In this document: piece after piece, positions 42,264-54,891 of the stretch | Layout: each line of letters starts with the position of its first letter | Position numbering within the stretch: position 1 is the first letter of the stretch | Source: Eledone cirrhosa | Taxonomy: Eukaryota | Reading direction: 5' to 3' | Assembly: GCA_964016885.1 (NCBI GenBank) | Contig: OZ024742.1 | Span: forward strand, 144,026,001-144,090,000 | DNA length: 64,000 nt | Position numbers and translations under genes: made by a program | Notes under the pieces: generated by a model | What the model was told of the DNA's origin: nothing | What the model saw: only the letters and a program-made list of their open reading frames with translations | Databases searched by the model: none

Positions 42264-42276
42264 TTCATATATATAT

Positions 42277-43067
42277 TCCCCCGTCCCACCCCATCCACAC
42301 CACCCCCTTCTATGTAAAGTTATGTTGGTGCCACACCATCCAGGCCGAAACAAATGAGATCGTATAGGTGTCACAACAAAAAAACACACAGTCCACGCTG
42401 TAATGTGGCCGTGTAGGCAACACGGTAAAAACCTCCCAGCCCCACACTGTAAATGTGGTTGGTGTTAGGAAGGGCATCCAACTGTAGAAAACCCGCCACA
42501 CAGTCCACGCTGTAAATGTGGCCGTGTAGGCAACACGGTAAAAACCTCCCAGCCCCACACTGTAAATGTGGTTGGTGTTAGGAAGGGCATCCAACTGTAG
42601 AAAACCCGCCACACAGTCCACGCTGTAAATGTGGCCGTGTAGGCAACACGGTAAAAACCTCCCAGCCCCACACTGTAAATGTGGTTGGTGTTAGGAAGGG
42701 CATCCAACTGTAGAAAACCCGCCAGACAGTCCACGCTGTAAATGTGGCCGTGTAGGCAACACGGTAAAAACCTCCCAGCCCCACACTGTAAATGTGGTTG
42801 GTGTTAGGAAGGGCATCCAACTGTAGAAAACCCGCCAGACAGTCCACGCTGTAAATGTGGCCGTGTAGGCAACACGGTAAAAACCTCCCAGCCCCACACT
42901 GTAAATGTGGTTGGTGTTAGGAAGGGCATCCAACTGTAGAAAACCTGCCAGACAGTCCTATGCGAGCAAGATAACCACTCTTGCCTCAAGTGGGAAAACC
43001 CCCGTCCAAACCCATGCAAGCGTGGAACACGGACGTTAAACGTTGATGATGATGATGATGATGATGA
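42277..43067 (+). mobile_element. RTE 3' UTR with a 5-fold tandem expansion of a 113-bp segment
   Basis: CAGTCCACGCTG at 42389, 42501, 42614, 42727 and 42840; single copy in 8320-8630; (GAT)n tail. Confidence 0.92.
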
Positions 43068-43201
43068 TTCGGATCTAGCTGTCGAAACACCCGAAGCTCA
43101 GCCGTCGGGGTCCTGAATCTTATATATATATATTCATTTATATATATATATATACATACATACGTATATATATATACATACACACATGTACACATACACA
43201 T

Positions 43202-43234
<33 letters not shown>

Positions 43235-43571
43235 CACATATCCACACATGTGTGTGTGTGTATCTATACGTTTGTATTGGCAAACACATGGAAAACTGAG
43301 GAAAAACTGCGATGATGATGTTATATATATATATCCACATTGACATAAATGCATACATACACAAATATATGTACATACATTCATACACACACCCACACAC
43401 ACACACACACTCACACATATATACAATTTTTACACAAGAGTGATTGGAAACTAAAGTACAAAAAGCTGTGTAGGTAGAATGAAATTATTAGAAAGAAGAC
43501 AAACATGTGTGAATACGTTTGTGTTAGATATAGATATTCTTAAGACTCCAGTTGCATTTTCCATTTCTTTT

Positions 43572-43602
<31 letters not shown>

Positions 43603-43849
43603 GATATATATATATATATAGATAGAGAGATAGAGAGATTAGAGAGTAAGGTGCATCTGAAAGAGATAAAAAGTGTGTGTATCTGTGTGTGTGTGTGTGA
43701 GAGAGAGATTAGAGAGTAAGGTGCATCTGAAAGAGATAAAGAGAGAGAGATAAAAAGTGTGTGTATCTGTGTGTGTGTGTGTGAGAGAGAAAGAGAGAGA
43801 TTAGAGAGTAAGGTGCATCTGAAAGAGATAAAGAGAGGGTGATAAAAAA

Positions 43850-43942
<93 letters not shown>

Positions 43943-44379
43943 GTACATGCATTCATACATACAGATAGATGACCAGACAGATAAACAAAGACAAGGCAGA
44001 GAAGAAGATAAAAAGATGGATATAAATGATTGGCAATATAAAATGGTGATGGGGTGGAGGAGGACAACAACAACATCAACAACAACAAATAAAATATAGA
44101 AAGAAGAAGTAGAAGAAGTAGAAAAAAAAAGGAAAAGAAAGTGTTTAGTTGAAGAAAGAGTGCAACAAGATGGCTTGGATGACAACGAATACAATGAGAG
44201 TAGATAGTATTGAAGGCAGAGCAGTAGCTGTAGTAGTAACAACAGTAACAGCAGTCACTGCTGCAGTATAACAACAACAGTAGTAAAACTACTGATACCG
44301 GCTGGTGCTAGACATAGCAGTAGATGTAGCAGCAACAACAGCAGCAGTGATGGAGTCAGAAAGAGAGGAAGCAGCAGTA

Positions 44380-44471
44380 CTGCCACCAACACCACCACCA
44401 GCAGTAGTACTGCCAACACCAACAACAACAACAACAACAACACCAACACCTGATACAGAACTACCACAGCC

Positions 44472-44503
<32 letters not shown>

Positions 44504-45265
44504 CAACTGTACTGCAACCACCACCATCGACGCCACCAGCAACAGAACTGACATAACCACCACAAACAGTAGCAGTGGCAACAGAACCACCACCACCACC
44601 ACCAGCACTACAATCACTACCATCAACATCACAACCACCACCACCACCACCACCAACAGCACCACTACTACCACCACCACCAACAGCACAACTACCACCA
44701 CCACCAACAGCACAACTACCACCACCACTACTACTACCACCACCACCACCACCACCACCACCACCACCACCACCACCACCACCACCACCACCACCACCAC
44801 CACCACCACCACCACCACTACAATCACCACCACTGCCACCACTATCAGCACCAGCACCAGCACTACCATCAACATCACCACCACCACCACCAACAGCACA
44901 ACTACCACCACCACTACTACTACCACCACCACCACCACCACCAGCACTACAATCACCACCACTGCCACCACTATCAGCACCAGCACCACCACTACCATCA
45001 ACATCACCACCACCACCACCAACAGCACTACAACTACCACCACCAACAGCACCACTACTACTACCACCACCACCACTACTACTACCACCATCACCACCAC
45101 CACCACTACTACTACTACCACCACTACTACCACCAACAGCACCACTACTACTACCACCACCACAACCACCACCACAACTACTACTACTACTACCACCACC
45201 ACTACCACCACTACTACCACCATCACCACCACCACCACTACCACCACCACCACCACCAGCACCAC
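44380..45265. repeat. Compound (ACC)/(ACT)/(AGC) trinucleotide tract with internal block duplications
   Basis: Direct inspection; gives spurious Pro-, Gly- and Val-rich ORFs. Confidence 0.9.
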
Positions 45266-45538
45266 TAATACTTACAGGAGCAACAACATCAATGACAAAC
45301 AAGTGAGTTGTGTTAAAGACTCCAAATAAGACTTCCAAACGCAGCAAAGTAGTCAACTCATTGATTTGTGAATTGCTTAGGTCCTCGATAATATGAGAGC
45401 TGTCCTACTTTCTATAGTGGTAGTGCTCCAACATGCAGTTGGAGGCACAAATGCATTTGTGCGCATGTATGCATTTTTACCAGAGAGAGAGAGAAAGAGA
45501 GAGGAGGAGGAGGAAGCAGAAAAGAGGGAGAGTGTGAG

Positions 45539-45576
<38 letters not shown>

Positions 45577-45680
45577 AAGTTTGATATAGAATGTGGACAT
45601 ACATGTATAAACATACATAAACACACACGTGTGTATGCATATATATGTGTGTATGTGTGTGTAGATATATATATATACAC

Positions 45681-45732
<52 letters not shown>

Positions 45733-46151
45733 ACATATATACACACACACACACACACACAAACACACACATATATATACACACAAGTTTAAATACCAAA
45801 TAAATATATATGATACAGAATGTGGTCATCATTTTATACACACACACAGCTATATTATAATGTTGGTATTGCATTTTCTGTCTGCCTGTCACATGGATGC
45901 TACAATCTGACAAAATCCTTCTAAAATGTTTTCATTCATGCCAGAAGTCGGCATTTGGTGCCAACCGTGTTATCTGTTTGTCTGTCTCTCTACTCTCACT
46001 CCCTCATTCTCTCTATTTTTCTCTCTCATTCTCTATCTATACTATTTGTGTGTGTCTGTGGTGCGATGACGGACGGGGGGGGGGGGGGGGGAAAGATCAC
46101 AAATCAGAGTAGTACTCAATGCTTGGTGAGATGCAGAGAGGATATATTAAT

Positions 46152-46333
46152 TGCTTCTACTTTAGGCACAAGGCCAGCAATTACCCAGTGCATTACTGGT
46201 ACTTTATTTTATCGACCTCCGTAAGGATGAAAGGCAAAGTCAACCTCGGCGGGATTTGAACTCAGATCGTAAAGGAGCGTAACTATGCTGGAAAGCATGG
46301 CGTCCGACCCTCTACCGATACTGCCAATCCACC
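46152..46333 (-). mobile_element. Young full-length family B SINE with a 13-bp TSD
   Basis: AGGATATATTAAT at 46139-46151 and 46334-46346; A and B boxes intact. Confidence 0.93.
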
Positions 46334-46382
46334 AGGATATATTAATGAGCAGTTTCTTATATATATATGTGTGTGTGTATGT

Positions 46383-46511
<129 letters not shown>

Positions 46512-47050
46512 AGGCTGCATTACTGCTAACCAACAATTCTTTTCACAGACTCATGCTTGCAAACTCTCTTGATCTGCCTGTACACCCCCTTTTGCACCGC
46601 TTGTACTTTGATGCATCCATGCTTTGCTTTGTCTTATATATATATTTTTTTGGGGGGGGGGTCCGGGCTTTTTGTTCATTAATTGTTTTGTATTTTTGTA
46701 TTTATCTCTTTTCTTATCCCTGTATTTTTGTACTTTTTTATTATTATTATTTTTTGTTGTTATTTTCTTATATTTTCTGATTGTTTCTGATCATGCTGAG
46801 TAATACCCTCACTCTTCCCTTGCTACCCTCTCCCAAACCTATTTATCATCTATTGCACCATCTAAGTGATAAATTTTTGGTGTAATTTTTAATTTTTTAA
46901 TTTTTAAGACATTTTATGACATTATGTGCATCATGTATTATGTCTTTTTCCATATATGGCTAGCCTCGGGACCCCCCTGCTGGTCATTTGACCTTGTTCT
47001 GGTGACGCAGCTCGATGGAGCATGCAACTACTGATATACTCAGGTTTATA

Positions 47051-47097
47051 GGCTCTGAAGATTCCTGCCATGGTGTATGGATGAAACACTGTTAGCT
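47051..47097 (+). ncRNA. Minimal type I hammerhead in a probable Penelope-like pLTR
   Basis: GGCT-CTGAAGA-tTCC..GGAt-GAA-AC act GT-T-AGCT, immediately followed by AATAAA; first stem II pair is a T-T mismatch. Confidence 0.5.
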
Positions 47098-47442
47098 AAT
47101 AAAACAATGTATTTCTAGGCACTCTTTGGTTATTCCTATAACTATAATGGCTCTGTAGTATACTAGTTATCCTACATTGAGCTAAAACCACACTGTCATA
47201 CCAAGGGCAATATATATATTTACATGTCTAGGCATATTGATATATTTGTCAACAAAATATATATCTATATCTATACCCTTGCTTGCAGAGAAACACACAC
47301 AGACACACACACATATATATTTCCCCCTCCAAAATGGCTGACGGATTACATGTGTTTTTAATAAAAAGAAAAAGAAAAAAAAACTTTTCTGTTTCTCCCC
47401 TGTCTCATTCTCCATCTATTTCATCTTTTATTTCTCATTCTA

Positions 47443-47478
47443 TCTTCTGATAAAGGACTAGTGTTCGAAACGTTAAGA
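47443..47478 (+). ncRNA. Minimal hammerhead remnant in a Penelope-like pLTR
   Basis: TCTT-CTGATAA-A-GGAC tagt GTTC-GAAACGTT-AAGA; palindromic AACGTT stem III; C3-A8 mismatch suggests a G>A lesion. Confidence 0.5.
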
Positions 47479-47599
47479 CTCTTTTCCTACTAAATAAAGC
47501 ATTAAACTAATATATTTCTTCATTGTACTGTGTTGTTTGCTTTGTTATCTCTGTTTACTTTTTGCATATATGTGTATATATATACATTTTTTTTTCACT

Positions 47600-47866
47600 A
47601 TTTTACGTCCGCTTTTCCCTGCTGCTTGCAAGGGTGGGACGGGAACTGATTCTGGCTTGATTTCTACAGCTGGATGCCCTTCCTAACACCAAACTCATTT
47701 ACAGTGAGTGCTGGGTGCTTTTTCCGTGTCGCCTACACGCCCACTTTACAGTGTGGGCTGGGTGCTTTTTTGCCGTGGTACCTCCACGACCACTTTGCAA
47801 TGGAATGGAACTCACAACCTCAAGATTGTGAATCCAATTCTCTAACCACTCAGCCACATGCCTTCA
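47600..47866 (-). mobile_element. Family A-related SINE lacking the middle domain
   Basis: Minus: tRNA head TGGCTGAGTGGTTAGAG..GAGTTCCATTCC joined directly to the RTE-derived tail. Confidence 0.75.
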
Positions 47867-47960
47867 TATATACACACATAACGAAGGAAGTGTGGTAAGG
47901 AAACAGGTGGACCATAACGCACCAGAGTACTCAATACTTAGGGTAGTAGAGTGGGTAATA

Positions 47961-48076
47961 GGAAAATGTTCAAGATCCCGACGGCAGAGCTCAAGCCGTT
48001 TCGACAGCTATTTCAGGACTCAGAAATAGCCGTCGAAATGGCTTGAGCTCTGCCGTCGGAGTCTTGAACATTTTCC
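47961..48076. repeat. 54-bp-arm inverted repeat (8-nt loop)
   Basis: GGAAAATGTTCAAGA..GCTATTTC aggactca GAAATAGC..TCTTGAACATTTTCC, about 4 mismatches. Confidence 0.92.
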
Positions 48077-48087
48077 TATATACACAC

Positions 48088-48120
<33 letters not shown>

Positions 48121-48161
48121 AATACATATATATATACACACATATATATATATACACACAC

Positions 48162-50749
48162 CCCTGATGAGTCCCCTGGTCTTGCCGGACGCCTCATCGT
48201 GGCGAAGGGGTGCCAACCACTAATCTCAGCGGGCAAAGATTCGGCAAATACAGGCGGCGAGTTAGCAACCCGGCACTGCTGTAAAAATTCTAACCGCTAA
48301 AGAAACAGCAAGAAAAGCCAAGAAAAAGATGAAGGCGTGGGAAACACTCCACTCTTAACAGACCTCAACCAAAGCCAAAAGGACGTTGGGCTTCCGATGA
48401 GCCCGATTCTGAGCACCAAAACAAAGATGTGAATTGGAACTTGGAATGTGTGTACACTATACCAGGCAGGAAAGCTGGCTCAGTTACTTCGCGAGTTCGA
48501 CCACTACCAGCTGGACATTCTGGGCGTGAGTTAAATGCGCTGGACCGACTGTGTGAGGAACTTCAGCTGCTCCTGAAGAAACGGACACGACAGGAAAGAC
48601 CAAAGCCATATGCAGTGGAGAAGCTGAAGTATCCCGGTCAAGCGCGACTGTACCAACTGGTGCTACACAACCGATTCCAACAGTTGAGTGAGGCTGCAGA
48701 TCTGGAAGATCAATGGATGATGTTCATGACAGCGGTGACTGAGGCAGCACAAGAAACTATTGGCCTAAGACGAGGAACGAGGAGGGAAAATGGATCCAAG
48801 AACCAACGTGGGACCTGATTGACAGACGAAAAAAAGCAAAAGTCGAGCGAGATTCTGCCAGATCGGAGGAAGACCAAAAGAAAAGAGATGCTGTATACCA
48901 CCAAATCGACCGACTAGTAAAGCGAAGCTGCCGGCGGGACAGACGTAACTGGCTGGAGAAAAAGGGTGCTGAGGCAGAGGAAGCTGCTGGTCGAAATGAT
49001 ACAAAAGCACTGTTCCACATTATGAGAGAGTTGACAGGAATGTCGAGCGGTGCCAGCATGCCAGTGAAGGACAAAAATGGCAGGACGTTGACCACTGGAG
49101 CAGAACAGGAGTGGAGATGGATGGAGCACTTCCGGGAAACGCTGAACCAACCAAATCCGGTTGCCCTGATAGACATGACCGCAGAGACTCCAGCAACCAC
49201 TGAGGTACTCAAAGTCTGCGAGGACCATATCACCAAGCAAGAGATGAGAGATGTGATTAGCCACTTGAGGAATGGCAAAGCAGGTGGACTGGATGAGATC
49301 TCTGCTGAGCTGCTCAAATTGGGTGAGGAGAGCACAATAACGGCGTTGACAGACTTGATGAACCACTGCTGGAGGGTTGGTCGGGTTCCCCTTGAGTAGC
49401 AGCGTGGTGCCATCGTCAAACTGCCGAAGGAGGGAAACCTGGCAGAGCACCAACAACTGGCGTGGTATCACATTGCTGTCAGTCCCAGGCAAGGCGTTCT
49501 GCACTGTGCTGCTGCGTCGACTCCGGCAGTCTGTCGACTCTGTGCTCTGGGAGGAACAAGCCGGCTTCCGAAAAAATCGATCTTGCACGGAACAGATCTT
49601 TACACTACGCAACATTCTCGAACAATGTGTTGAGCTACAACAGCCTTTGACGGTCAATTTTATTGATTTCCAGAAGGCATTCGACAGTGTACACCGGGAG
49701 TCGCTGGGGAATGTTGCACAGCTGTATGGCATTCCTGCAAGATTCATCGCCATTTTCAAGGCCCTGTATGAAAACTCCAGCTGCTGCGTGCGGACTTAGT
49801 CCGGTGTGATGGAGTTCTTTGATATTATCTCCGGAGTCAGACAGGGTTGCATCCTCTCTCCACTGTTGTTCCTGCTGGCAGCTGATTTCGTATTAAGGCG
49901 AATGGATGAAGGACCCGGTTGAGGAATCCCATGAAGAAGGCAGTTGAGGCTGAGGGACCTGGCATTCGCCAACGACATCGCTTTGATCGCTGAAAACAGT
50001 GCAGATCTGCAGGACCTAACAACATCTCTACAAGAGAGTGCAGAAAAGATCGGCCTGAGAATCAACACCAAAAAGACCAAGGTCATGAGAATGGCCAGCA
50101 ACACAGGTCCAGTGATCAGAGTCAACCAACAGGACCTCGAAGAAGTCGATCACTTCACCTATCTGGGCAGCATCCTGACAAGCAGCGGCAACGCGGAGCT
50201 CGACATCAACTGTCGGATCGGCAAAGGAGCCAGTTTTCCAGCGGCTGTGCCCAGTCTGGTCATCTTCATGTATTAGCACCAAGACCAAGCTCTGCCTGTA
50301 CAAGAGCATCATGCTGCCGACAGTGCTTTATGCGAGCGAGACCTGGAAGAGTACGGCAGAAATAGAGACGGCTGAACGCTTTCCACCAGTGGTGCCTGCG
50401 AAAGATCCTTCGTGTGTCCTGGCGCGACCAAGTGCGAAACGAGGAGATCCTGCGGAGAGCCGAGTCGTGGACGCTACAGAGAGTGGTGACGGAGCGTCGG
50501 TGCCCTCTGGCTGGCCATATTCTGCGTCAGCCAAATGAACGGCATTCGAAAACAGCGATGAACTGGACTCTGCCTGGCGGTAAATGGAGGCGGGGTTGCC
50601 GAAGATCACCTGGCGACGAATGTTCCGGAAGGACCTGATGGCAGCCAACATCACCTGGCACCGTCTCGAAAAAGTTGCCGCTGATCGTGACCGTTGGTGA
50701 GTACTTTCTATTCGATGTGCCAAACGGCGCAGAAGAATCTAAGACTAAG
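48162..50749 (+). mobile_element. Near full-length but internally deleted, GC-rich RTE (BovB-like) LINE pseudogene
   Basis: 5' leader motif GCCTCATCGTGGCGAAGGGG; EN start IGTWNV.TLYQAGKL..LDILGVS.MRW then deletion; RT NWRGITLL, QAGFR, FIDFQKAFDSV, GVRQGCILSP, LAFANDI, FTYLGS, YASETW; (CTAAGA) tail; possible TSD ATACACACAC. Confidence 0.93.
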
Positions 50750-50869
50750 ATACACACACATATATACATACTCACACATATATAGATATACATATATAAT
50801 TCTTAACACCACCTACTTTATAGTATGGAAAAGTAGATGTACAAAAAAACGATGATATATCATATATAT

Positions 50870-51156
50870 ATCACAACAAAAAACATCCAGCCCACACTGT
50901 AAAGTGGTCGTGTAGGTGTCAAGACAAAAAGCTCCAAGCCCACACTGTAGAGTAGTCATGTAGGTGCCACGACAAAAAGCACTTTGCACACACTGTAAAT
51001 GTGGTTGGCGTTAGGAAGAGCATCCAGCCGTAGAAAGCTAGCCAGAAACAGTTGTATATGAGCAAGTCATGGTCTCACCTGACTGGATGTGCCTCTAATG
51101 GGACAACCCATCTAACCCATGCTAGCAAGAAAAATAGACATTAAATGATGATGATA
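50870..51156 (+). mobile_element. RTE 3' UTR fragment
   Basis: CACACTGTAAA..GTAGGTG.CA.GACAAAAAGC modules, TTAGGAAG.GCATCCAGC, (GAT)n. Confidence 0.8.
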
Positions 51157-51167
51157 TATACATATGC

Positions 51168-51439
51168 TTTGTAAGCACCTCTTAATGCAATATACACCCT
51201 ACACTCCGCTCCCACTTCTGCTCACACCACCTTTACTCTGTAAAGTTATGTTGGTGCCATGACAAAAAGCACTCAGCACACACTGTAAATGTAGGAAGGA
51301 CATCCAGCTGTAGAAAACCAGCTAGAAACAGTCCTATATGAGCGAGACACAGTCACCCGACCACAAACTTGCCTCAAATGGGACAAACCCATCCAACACA
51401 TGCTAGCGCAGCAGAAAAACGTTCGATGATGACGATGAT
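51168..51439 (+). mobile_element. RTE 3' UTR fragment
   Basis: Starts GCACCTCTTAA as at 8290 and 14726; ends in (GAT)n. Confidence 0.75.
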
Positions 51440-51700
51440 ATGTATATATTTGTGTGTGTACTCAATACATTTCTGTGTTAGAAGTGTATAGATCTGTTAT
51501 GCCTTGCCAAAACAGATTATTTCCTTATATCCTGACAATATATACGCAAACCACAAGCAAAACTTCAAAGTCACTCTCAATATTTTTCTCTAGTAATATA
51601 TATTGAGTGCTTTTTCAGTTAATATGTTTGACTGTCTTTATGTAGGATTATACTTAAAATCCATACATAAATAACTATCTATAAAAACACACAAACACAC

Positions 51701-51741
<41 letters not shown>

Positions 51742-52173
51742 AGGATGGAAGAGATGATAGAGACACAGGCAGAGAGAAGGAAAAAGAGATGAGATGAAAT
51801 AAAGTGAAAAATTTCTGAAGAAGTTTTTTTTTGAAATGAGAAAGGAAGAAAGGAAACAGAATTTTGGTATACCTTCTGAATGAACAGGCAGTCAGACAAC
51901 CAGACGGTATATAAAAAGTGGTGGGAATATGGGAGGGGACAAACCCAGCAACATAGAGTAGAGAGAAAGAGAGATATAGCAGGTTGGTTGGGGGAGGGGT
52001 ATGATTGAGATAAGATTGAGTTAGGTGTGTGTGTGTGTGTGTAGGGCGGGGTATTGAGCCTGTTGTTGTATAATTAAATCAATTATACCAACATGTATGT
52101 ATGTCTCTTTCTTGAAGCTGTCCTATTTGTTTTCCTTTAGAATGAGAAGAAGAAAAGAGAGAGGGGGGAGAAC

Positions 52174-52218
<45 letters not shown>

Positions 52219-52299
52219 GAAAGAATGCTAACTTCAGTTTTTTTCTCTGCCAGTGGTATTGGTAATTATGTGAGTGTATGTGAACACATACATACACAA

Positions 52300-52358
<59 letters not shown>

Positions 52359-52364
52359 TATATA

Positions 52365-52398
<34 letters not shown>

Positions 52399-52619
52399 TT
52401 TGAAGAATGTGCAAGATATCTGAGACAGATCAGTAAAGAATTAGTGTTAGATCAAAGTATTACGTTAAACTCTATATTCAACCATAACCAGCACTGCTAC
52501 TGCCACCATCACTACTACTACCACCACCAGCACCACAACATACCATCACTAGTACCACTGCTGCTGCCTGCCACCACTCCCATCACCAACGCTGACACCA
52601 CAAGCATTAATATCACCTA

Positions 52620-53545
52620 ACAACACCAACACTAACTTCACAACCACTAACATTATGAGCACTAACACTAACACCACCAACACTAACCCCATCAACACTA
52701 ACACTGCCAACACTAACACCACTAGCAGCAAACACACCACCAGCACTAACACCACCAACACTAACAACACTAGCAGCAAACACACCACCAGCACTAACAC
52801 CACCAACACTAACACTGCCAACACTAACACCACTAGCACCAAACACACCACCAGCACTAACACCACCAACACTAACACTGCCAACACTAACACCACTAGC
52901 AGCAAACACACCACCAGCACTAACACCACCAACACTAACACTGCCAACACTAACACCACTAGCACCAAACACACCACCAGCACTAACACCACCAACACTA
53001 ACACTGCCAACACTAACACCACTAGCAGCAAACACACCACCAGCACTAACACCACCAACACTAACACTGCCAACACTAACACCACTAGCACCAAACACAC
53101 CACCAGCACTAACACCCCCAACACTAACACTAACACCACTAGCACCAAACACACCACCAGCACTAACACCACCAACACTAACACCACCAACACTAACACC
53201 ACCAACACTAACACCACTAGCATCAAACACACCACCAGCACTAACACCACCAACACTAACACTGCCAACACTAACACCACTAGCACCAAACACACCACCA
53301 GCACTAACACCACCAACACTAACACTGCCAACACTAACACCACTAGCAGCAAACACACCACCAGCACTAACACTGCCAACACTAACACCACTAGCACCAA
53401 ACACTAACACCACCAACACTAACACTGCCAACACTAACACCACTATCACCAAACACTAACACCAGCACTAACACCACCAACACTATCACTGCCAACACTA
53501 ACACCAGCACTAACACTGCCAACACTAACACCACTAGCAGCAAAC
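52620..53545. repeat. 63-bp A/C-rich minisatellite built from 15-bp subunits
   Basis: Period 63 (52835 to 52898); subunit ACTAACACCACCAAC; alternating AGCAGC/AGCACC variants. Confidence 0.9.
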
Positions 53546-54891
53546 ATAAATATCACTGAGTCAATGAAAGAACTTCTACAGGATTACTCTTCCCGGTGGA
53601 AATAATAGTCTTCAAATCACACTATATCATCTTTATAATAAAACAATATTGATAACAGTCTGGGCTATATTATTCTTGGGAAGAGAAGTAGAAGACAGGA
53701 TATGGCTGGAACGTCTTTGATCATAAGTCTATTGAATCAGGGTTGACTTGGGTGAAAACAACAAATAACATCACCAGATTGGGTAGTAGAAAAAGCTGCA
53801 ACAACACAGAATATCATACAGCATCACTTACATTAAACTATAGCATGTGGAGTAGAGTGTGGTCTTGTAATAGGTAGTGGCATTGTTGCTATTTCTAGAC
53901 CAATGGCTCTGTGGCTCACACCTAGTCAGATGACTAATTCTCTACATACCAAAGTTTGCTCAATTGGGGCTGACCTATAACTAAACAACAACACCAGCAT
54001 CCCTAAAAAAAAAAGGAAGGGCCCATTAGATAATATAATTCTAGATGACATTATGCTTGAATAAAGGACAGGATTGCCATTGCTGGAACATATTTGATCA
54101 CAAATCAGTTCAATTAGAGTTGACCTAACACCAAACAACAACAGTAACCTCAACATAATACTATGCAGGATGAAGAAACAAGATGGTCATGGCTGGTTGG
54201 CTGGCTAAAGTTTGCACAATCAAGGCTGAGCTGAAGAACAACATTAACATCCTTAAACATAGTATTGTCTGAGATACATTGTCTGAAAATAAAATTAAAT
54301 AAAATGCATGATGTCACAGATGTATCACCATAACTAGCATTGCTATTGACATCACCAGCACCAGCACCACCAACAACAACAACACCAACCACTGCTACTC
54401 CACCATCACAACCACAAATGCTTCCACTGCTACCACCACTACAATCCTGACCATGATTGATCAATCAAAGATCACTTAAAGAACATCAAACTTAAAGAAC
54501 ATCAATATCCTTGCTAAAAAGAACACCTTGTTCATCCAATAATGTAGTCTTAGATACACTATGGCTGAATAAAAAATAAACAGAGCAAGAATACTTTGAT
54601 CATAAGTTTGCTCAATCAGGATAGATCTGGGGATAAATAACAAGAACAACACAACTGTTGTAAATTGTATTTCTGTGATGAAATCTAGTTGAGTGGAAAA
54701 TGTTGAACTAGACAAGTGCCATAAATTATGAGTTCAAATTCTGCCTTGAACCTTTAAGTTAAAGCAGATTATCTTTAGTGAACCTAATCTACTTATCTGA
54801 TATAGACAGTTCAACTTAGAAAAGCACATCCAGCCATCTGGGAAAATCATGTTGCAATTATTTATATAAAATGATGACTTTACTGATGTTA

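Noticed and set aside
44255-45356. Long Gly-, Pro- and Val-rich ORFs (243-355 aa)
   Set aside because: Products of an ACC/ACT/AGC trinucleotide tract that is open in several frames on both strands; no domain signal
48163-48195. Hammerhead at CTGATGAGTCC...GGAC
   Set aside because: GAAA is missing after stem II (GCCT instead), and GATGAG pairs with downstream CTCATC as a plain hairpin
51900-51925. TATA-like TATATAAAAAG promoter
   Set aside because: Expected by chance in AT-rich DNA; no supporting downstream exon
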